DNA of 34,208 bases, from assembly GCA_004431415.1 (NCBI GenBank), contig QPMI01000030.1, forward strand, positions 1 through 34,208, in the 5' to 3' direction. A model generated the notes under the pieces. It saw only the letters and a program-made list of their open reading frames with translations, ran no database searches and had not been told where the DNA came from. Of this stretch, positions 12,701 to 18,905 are shown in pieces (position 1 is the stretch's first letter; every line of letters begins with the position of its first letter). The translations under genes and the position numbers were made by a program. This DNA is from Cyanophora paradoxa CCMP329 (Eukaryota > Plantae > Glaucophyta).

Positions 12701-12999
12701 ATGCATATTTTAATGGGAAAATCCAAGCAGGAACGTATGTTTACACTACTCCTTATCTTTGGGCAAATCCTGACCATACGTTTAACCTCACTATTAATTT
12801 CAACAGCAGCTTTGCTAACCCTCCTATTGTAACAACTGGTATACAACACAATGAGACAGCCTACTACTATCGAATGTATGTTAGGCTTAAACAAGTTTAC
12901 AGTAGCTATTTCACTTGTGAGCTTGACATAGTTCCATTAAGTTCTTTTGACAGACCAGGATTTCCAGTTACAATTCATTACATTGCTGTCGCAATTTAA
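9752..12999 (+). CDS. Long fibre protein (~1,080 codons if the pieces are one gene) with HxH shaft repeats and an H-type-lectin-like tip
   Basis: ATG at 9752 (MSFNYPPNL). Acidic PDGFDPQEYEY repeats, KYPPEDHxHDWxEI and HTHTKAEITDFA repeats, YLPLTGGTIDG, and C-terminal KIQAGT...INFNSSFANPPIVTTG...IHYIAVAI. No intergenic-type gap between the pieces. Confidence 0.75.
10763..11220 (+). repeat. Intragenic tandem repeats (acidic EEYLPDG units, then PPEDHxHDWxEI units)
   Basis: CCAGATGGTTTyGACCCACAAGAATATGAGTATGA at 10784 and 10849; AAAGTATCC...AGAGGATCAC...CATGATTGG twice at ~11048-11140. Confidence 0.85.
12119..12385 (+). repeat. Intragenic HTHTKAEITDFA / HTHTKAEITDLGNVAYVG repeats
   Basis: Repeated CACACnCACACnAA...ATyACAGATTTTGCA units and a duplicated GATCTyGGAAATGTTGCATATGTkGGTCACACC segment. 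Confidence 0.9.
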
Positions 13000-13018
13000 C
13001 TATTTCGTAATTATAAAG

Positions 13019-14093
13019 ATGACCTCCCTTTTAGAGATTCCAAACTATGAACTTGCAGCCAAATCACTCCACAGCACCTCTCATGAAGTAGTCGACTCCA
13101 CACCCGGTTTTATTTGCACTGAAACTACAAGTAATACCTCTTTCACAGAGAACAGTATACTGAGGTCAAAGAAATTCGATGTGATCGAAATGGAGGCAAG
13201 ATTAGAACCACAGGCATTATAATCTCGAATAAAAACCAAGTTCAAGCAGGTCAGGTAGTCCCCAATTCAGCAATATATGATAATGTGGGTGGAGTCACCA
13301 CAGCACAGATAGTTACTTTTGGTAACACAAGTAATAGTTCTGCTCTTGTGGTGAAAAGTGGAGGAGCATACATTGGTGATGGAGCAAATGTTGTGGGACT
13401 GTCACAGCAAATCAATTAAATGTGAACGGGACAAGTAGTTTTGGTGGGTATATGAATTTCAATGGTGGGCTTTCAGGGAGTATTCAGTATGGAACACTCA
13501 CACTTTCCACAAGAATAAATACACCTGAGATTGACAACATAAGTGACACAGTCATGAATTACAAGAGGAATGGGACACAATCTTCTCTCTTCAAAAACAA
13601 CTCAAACAGATAACACAACTGTTCAACATCTCACACTTCCTGACTACAAGTATCTGAAATTAAGTAGTCACCCTCGTTTCTTTGCAACAAAACAGCAACC
13701 AAATGGGTCAATAACTGAAACATTTCGTTACATTCAAACCGAATCCTTTTATGCGATAGTCAACAATGGAAATCATTTCAATACCACAACAGGGCTTTTT
13801 ACCGCACCTGTTTCCGGTAACTATTTAGTCTCATTCAGTGGATTCTTTTTTATTCCTGATACTCGAAGAAATGGAATAATCACTACCTCCTTACGAAAGA
13901 ATGGAAGCTCATTTGGAGTTGAGGTTACAACTTTAAATAAATCATCAACTGTGTATGCTCATAATGGGTTTGAGATTATTGTAAGCTTGAAGCTAATGAT
14001 GGTCTCTCTTTAACTTTTGCTTCTAATGATGCTGGTAATATAGAATATAATGTCAGATTTTTCTTCGGATGTATGCTTCTCAGCTCTTCATAA
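13019..14093 (+). CDS. Short fibre paralogue A with C1q/TNF-like head (frameshifted)
   Basis: Shared N-terminal module (TPGFICTETT...EIRCDRNGG...SGGAYIGDG). C-terminal HPRFFA...NNGNHFNTTTGLFTAPVSGNYLVSF is a C1q signature. Confidence 0.85.
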
Positions 14094-14115
14094 TATTATC
14101 CACATAATGTAAAGT

Positions 14116-15133
14116 ATGACCACTCAAATAGCTGTCCCTGTTTTCTGTTATGCCGCCCCAAAATTACATCAACTCAATCACACAGTAACAGATGCAACCC
14201 CTGGTTTTATTTGCACTGAAACGACAGGAGCCGATTCGTTTTCTCAAAACTCTGTGATCAGATGCAAAGAAATTCGATGTGATCGCAATGGGGCAAGGTG
14301 AGAACCACAGGTTTAATAGTTTCAAACAAGAACCAAGTTCAATCAGGTCAGATTGTTTCCGATTCATCAATATATGATGATGTTGGAGGGTCACCACACC
14401 CAAAATAGTAACCTTTGACAATACAATTAATAACTCTGCTCTTGTTGTGAGAAGTGGAGGAGCTTACATTGGAGATGGGGCAAGAGTTGATGGAACTCTT
14501 ACAGCAAACCAGGTGAGTATTACAGGAACAAGCACCTTTACAGGATTGGTAACAGCTAATGCTGGTATTTCACTACCAATTGCCTCACAGGCTACAATCA
14601 CAGCAACAAACAAGGTTGTTACACCAGAAATCGATACAGGAGCCAATGTAGACCTTCTCCTGAAACGAAATAGTTACACTGTTGTTACTCTGGAAGCGAA
14701 TAGTTTGACAGTTAATACAGGGTGTTATCTCAAAACATCACATCCACGATTTTCAGTTCAACTTGGCTACAACCACACTGCTACAACTTCTGCTGATCTA
14801 CTAAACTGGGCAACAGTTCGAGTAAACAATACCAATTCATTCAGCACATCAACTGGAAGGTTCACAGCACCTGTTGCAGGACACTATCGATTTTCAGTAT
14901 TCACTTCTTCAACCACAACTTCTGCTATTGAATTGTTTCTCAGGGTAAACAATGCAGATCCAGGGGGATTGAGCATTTCCCAAGTTCACAATCTGTCAAC
15001 AACAAATAAAGCGCTGTGTTTCTCTTGCATTCTCAATCTTGCCCAAAACGAATATGTGACACTTGTTACAAATTCAGTCGGTTCCTATGCCAGTCAAACA
15101 GCCTTCTCAGGTGAATTAATAAGCATCGTTTAA
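14116..15133 (+). CDS. Short fibre paralogue B with C1q/TNF-like head (frameshifted)
   Basis: Same N-terminal module; HPRFSV...NNTNSFSTSTGRFTAPVAGHYRFSV...LNLAQNEYVTL...FSGELI. Confidence 0.87.
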
Positions 15134-15155
15134 TTTTCTTATGGTAGTTTAGGAA

Positions 15156-15421
15156 ATGTCGAATATTTACCAAGTGGTTCTATCTGATATTGAGAAGTTG
15201 GGAATGGAATTTTGTGCTGCTTCTGTTCAAGATTGGATCGATAATGCAGCCCATAACAGGGCAAGAATCGCAATTGATGAGATTGTTCAGAAAGAGATCC
15301 ACTCTTGCATCTCAGGTGGAGTTCAAATACCAACCTCAAAGGAAGCAATTGTGTTACAGGCATTCCGAAGGGAACTGTGAAAAAAGCGATCGAGTATAAT
15401 ATTGTCACAGAAGAACAATGA
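15156..15421 (+). CDS. Small protein resembling a family found beside fibre genes in aquatic phages (possible fibre accessory factor)
   Basis: MSNIYQVVLSDIEKLGMEFCAASVQDWIDNAAHNRARIAIDEIVQ...QIPTSKEAIVLQAF. The W-x-x-N-A-x-x-N-R-A-R-I-A-x-D-E-I pattern is recognised from memory; the 3' end is frameshifted. Confidence 0.65.
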
Positions 15422-15456
15422 ACATTATTTTTCTTTCCTTCTTAGTAAAAGAAGCA

Positions 15457-16302
15457 ATGGGTGAATATAATCGAGTTCAACTGCCTATATATTCCCTTGG
15501 ATCCCCTGCAATGCATTTTCGCCAGCATGAAGTAAATGATGAGGTTCGTGGTTTAGAATCCACAGAGAGACCCAATTCCAATGGCAACTCCTTTGATAAA
15601 AATTCGATTATTCGAGTTAAAGAGCTGAGAGCTGATAAGAATTCTGGTGTGGTTAAAACAACTCGACTTCTTGTCACAAATGCTAACTTCTTTCAGCCTA
15701 CTAATGGAGGTCCTGATGCTTACAGTGTTGATCTGAAAGCCCTTGATTTCGATAAGAATTCTGCTGCTGTTACTGTGAGATCAGGAGGAGCATTTATTGG
15801 GGGTGGCTGTCGAATTTCAGGTCAGCTTTCATCCTCAATTTCGTATAATGATGTCCCAGATACTCTAGAGCAAAATGTAGAAGACCCCCAACGAATTCGA
15901 TTATATACTCCTGTTGCACAGCAGCCATTAATTCAATTTTACATTGGATATACTGTTACTCTTGAAAACTCGGAATTAATTGAAGGAACCAAAAGAGTAC
16001 TGAGAGGTCTTGCGATTCCATCTGCAATGCTTTCCCTTTGTAGAGCCAACAACAATCAAGTAGGTCATAGATACTATTTCAATGTTCAGGGATATAATCA
16101 TTTCGGTTATGGCTACTGTGTTTATAATAATAATTTCACCTTTGACTTGTTTGTTACTGATATTGGGTTATATACTATAACTCTTATCGGTTTGAGAACA
16201 GATATAGCCGCTGTATCAGCTCTTAGAGGTGTAACTCCTGATACTCTTTCAGTTACAGGGTTTTACCAAGAATTAGATGTAATTGATGACCCAACCCCAT
16301 AA
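15457..16302 (+). CDS. Short fibre paralogue C with non-C1q C-terminal domain
   Basis: Intact ORF, probable start at MGEYNRV (15457) after TAAAAG. Shares ELRADKNSGVVKTTRLLVTNANF and SGGAFIG with A, B and D. Confidence 0.8.
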   Translation: MGEYNRVQLPIYSLGSPAMHFRQHEVNDEVRGLESTERPNSNGNSFDKNSIIRVKELRADKNSGVVKTTRLLVTNANFFQPTNGGPDAYSVDLKALDFDKNSAAVTVRSGGAFIGGGCRISGQLSSSISYNDVPDTLEQNVEDPQRIRLYTPVAQQPLIQFYIGYTVTLENSELIEGTKRVLRGLAIPSAMLSLCRANNNQVGHRYYFNVQGYNHFGYGYCVYNNNFTFDLFVTDIGLYTITLIGLRTDIAAVSALRGVTPDTLSVTGFYQELDVIDDPTP

Positions 16303-16324
16303 AAGATATATCCTTTAATGTAAA

Positions 16325-17156
16325 ATGGCTGAGCAACCCCACTTGAACGAATTATTACACCTCAGCTATCATTAGCTGCCCAGCAAACCATGTTCTGCAG
16401 CATGCTACCTTTGATGATGTGGAGGGTCTCCAATCAACAGAGGTCCAACCTACAATGAACACCTTTGGTTCCACCCACAAACTGAGATTACAGGAACTCA
16501 GGTGTGATAAAAATAATGGAATAGTTAAGACAACTAAGCTACTTGTCACAAATGCAAACTTTTCTGCTCATTATGGAGACCCAGATAGCTATGGAGATCC
16601 TCTGTCTACTTATTCTTTTGAATCTAGGTCGGGAGCTATTAACTGCAAATCGGGGGGAGCTTATATTGGTGATGGTCTTAGGGTTGGTGGGGCTGTTGGA
16701 GCGCCTTTATTTGTGAATGATCAACCCAATCCCATTGATCCCAATACAAGAATTCGAACCTATGTCCCCAGCATGAATGCCCCCTATATAATCAAAATAT
16801 TCCCCATTGTAGTAAATGAACAGACAGCAGTAGTAGACTCCCTTGTTGAGATTGGTGACCACTACAAGGTGGTTGTGGATATCCCACCAGATGTTTATGC
16901 TCTTTGTCAAGTAGAGGGTGGAACTCCTAATTTTGCAGTTGTGATCACCCCATATGATAATTTTGGTATTGCTTATCATGGAGTCAATTTCGGTTTGGAA
17001 GACTATCAGTTTCTGGTTAGAGCCACCAAGTTTGGTATCTACAAGTGTGTATTATATGCTGAGAGAACCGATTTTATTGCAAGGCAGAATACCTATGCTG
17101 AGTATTATGGGACAAATCGATATTTCCCCATTTTCGGGCAGGATACTGCTCCATAA
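16325..17156 (+). CDS. Short fibre paralogue D with C-terminal domain homologous to paralogue C
   Basis: ATG at 16325 with an early frameshift; ELRCDKNNGIVKTTKLLVTNANF, SGGAYIGDG; C-terminal DP..RIR.Y.P...IP....LC...Y..FG..Y...G.Y...L...RTD shared with C. Confidence 0.8.
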
Positions 17157-17178
17157 GAATATTGGTTATATATAGAGT

Positions 17179-17450
17179 ATGGATAGTAAAACAAAAAGTT
17201 TATTGATGCTGCTATGACAGTTCATGGTAAAGATAAATTCGATTACAGTGAGACACATTACATCAAAGCTCAAGAGAAAGTATCTGTGAGATGTTTGCAG
17301 TGTAATAAGGTGATCCTTACCTATCCCTTTAATCATGTGAAGGGATCAGGGTGTAGGGAATGCAACAAAAAGCACTCTCAGGCTTATAGGAAAAGGGCTA
17401 CTTCATCAATCAGAGTAGAGTATAGGGATATTTGCATTAGGTTCGATTAG
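17179..17450 (+). CDS. Zn-ribbon protein, single DUF723-like repeat
   Basis: FIDAAMTVHGKDKFDYSETHY...VSVRCLQC...PFNHVKGSGCREC resembles the repeat unit of viral homing-nuclease-associated proteins; no nuclease domain follows. Confidence 0.7.
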
Positions 17451-17479
17451 GTTTAATTAATTTTTCTAAGGTATTCTTA

Positions 17480-17878
17480 ATGGAGACTAAATACAGAGGC
17501 TTTCATGTTATGCTTGATTACAAAGCTAAATCAGCTATTGCAACAGGACATGAGCATGTAAGCTTCCTAGGTAATTGGATTATGAGAACCCTAGAACAAG
17601 CAATATTAAGACAAGGCATTAGGATTGTTCATAAACACTGTGAGATATTTGATGGCAAAGTATCACCTCCTGGGTTTGCATTGGTTCTGCTATTAGATGA
17701 AAGCCATTGCACAGCTCATTGTTATTCCAATGAAGGCATGTTAGCAATTGATATATTCAGTTGTGGTAAAGAAGCTCAGCATAAAACACAAGCAGTTGCA
17801 GATGAGATCGATAAAACAATGAATTTCCTCACATTTGAGAAGACTGAGAGACATAAACATGATAGATTCCCGTTTTGA
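17480..17878 (+). CDS. speD: Pyruvoyl-dependent S-adenosylmethionine decarboxylase-like proenzyme (short prokaryotic/viral class)
   Basis: Intact 132-aa ORF: GFHVMLDY...SPPGFALVLLLDE^SHCTAHCYSNEGMLAIDIFSCG, with the ESH self-cleavage site and the DxFxCG motif. Confidence 0.88.
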   Translation: METKYRGFHVMLDYKAKSAIATGHEHVSFLGNWIMRTLEQAILRQGIRIVHKHCEIFDGKVSPPGFALVLLLDESHCTAHCYSNEGMLAIDIFSCGKEAQHKTQAVADEIDKTMNFLTFEKTERHKHDRFPF

Positions 17879-18112
17879 TGGGTTTCTATAATGATAATCA
17901 AGGTAATTTACCTTTTGTTTTACAATAGCAACTGTTACAAAAAGATATAATATATCCTTTTCCTACAGTAGCTTTCTACAATGTTTATTTTCCGGATTCC
18001 GGACATTTTTTACGATAGAATTCTATTGTAAGTAATTGGAATACTATTCGATTTCATTACAGTAAAACTCAACATTCCCCTTGATTCCCCCTATTATATA
18101 ATATTTATATTA

Positions 18113-18550
18113 AAGTGGACTCAAGGTTGACTCATATAAATCGTAAAAGTAGTAATAGTATATGGATTTTGTTACGAATTCAATGCAAGGGTTGACTAAG
18201 TGGGTTGAGTTGACTCAAATTTCACAGGAAATATTTGGGACCAAAAGTTTTCTAAAAAGGATTTCAAAAAATGTGTCAACTCCCCCCACTTAGTCAACCC
18301 TGACCATAAACAGTAAGGATTTGAGCTAACATGTATCACAAAGTGAACATTTTGAGTCCACTTAGAAGATCCACTTTTGAAATCCAAGTTGATTTTGCTT
18401 GAAATTTCAAAGTTGATCTAAAAGTGAGTCCACCCTGATTGATTATGGTAACAAAGTTGACTAAGTTGACTAAGTTGAGTCATCTTAAGAAATTCAAAGA
18501 GACTAAGAGTTCAAAATGTTTATGAAAAGTGAGTCAACTTAGACCACTTA
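18113..18550. repeat. Subterminal array of GTTGAC/GTCAAC/GTGGAC/GTCCAC-core motifs, including a 16-bp inverted repeat
   Basis: GGGTTGACTAAGTGGG (18189-18204) is the reverse complement of CCCACTTAGTCAACCC (18285-18300); tandem AAGTTGACT x2 plus a partial copy at ~18453-18480. Confidence 0.8.
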
Positions 18551-18597
18551 TGATAACAAAGTTAAATATTTAATTGATTTAATCGGAAAAGAACATG

Positions 18598-18825
18598 ATT
18601 TAATCGAATTTATTGATATAATTCCGATTAGATTCATTTAGGATTCAATTAAGATCAATCGAAGTTATTGATATAATTCCGATTAACTACAATTAAGATA
18701 CAATATCGATTAATCGAGTTTATCGATATAACATCGATTAAATTAATTGAAATTGCATATAAAAATATGAAAATGCATGTGAAAATTCAAATAAATTAAT
18801 CGATTTTATTGATATAACATCGAAT
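18598..18825. repeat. Four degenerate ~30-bp direct repeats
   Basis: AATCGA..TTATyGATATAA(TTC/CAT)CGA at about 18602, 18657, 18712 and 18798. Confidence 0.85.
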
Positions 18826-18900
18826 CACACATATGAATATTCATATTTTAATCCTGAGGCGGAACGCCGAGGGATTAAAATATGAATATTCATATGTGTG
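18826..18900. repeat. Terminal hairpin: perfect 29-bp inverted repeat with 17-nt loop
   Basis: CACACATATGAATATTCATATTTTAATCC (18826-18854) and its exact reverse complement (18872-18900); loop TGAGGCGGAACGCCGAG. Confidence 0.95.
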
Positions 18901-18905
18901 TAGTG

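Larger units (their letters stand above)
1..18900. mobile_element. Endogenous Polinton-like virus / virophage-class element (right portion; left end outside window)
   Basis: AT-rich, intron-less, tightly packed block with packaging ATPase, capsid-like and penton-like genes, primase-helicase and fibre genes. Composition switches abruptly to GC-rich DNA at ~18,901. The exact family cannot be fixed from this window. Confidence 0.9.

Noticed and set aside
13019-17156. Diversity-generating retroelement or invertase shufflon acting on the fibre heads
   Set aside because: No reverse transcriptase, no template/variable repeat pair differing at adenines, and no inverted head cassettes are visible in the window.
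1-17450. Programmed ribosomal frameshifting or RNA editing as the cause of split ORFs
   Set aside because: Shifts are numerous, scattered and lack a common slippery site; sequencing error or decay is simpler.
18598-18825. Spaced direct repeats as a CRISPR-like array
   Set aside because: The repeats are degenerate, spacing is uneven, the spacers are low-complexity AT-rich DNA and no cas gene is present.
1-18900. Bacteriophage or bacterial contamination (fibres, SpeD, patatin look prokaryotic)
   Set aside because: The A32-type ATPase, penton-like and capsid-like genes fit PLV-type viruses. No terminase, portal or tail-tube genes and no consistent Shine-Dalgarno motifs are seen.
18901-18905. 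TAGTG as the right end of a CACTA/EnSpm transposon
   Set aside because: A 5-bp match can arise by chance; no transposase is visible and the other end cannot be seen. Kept only as something to check at the left end.
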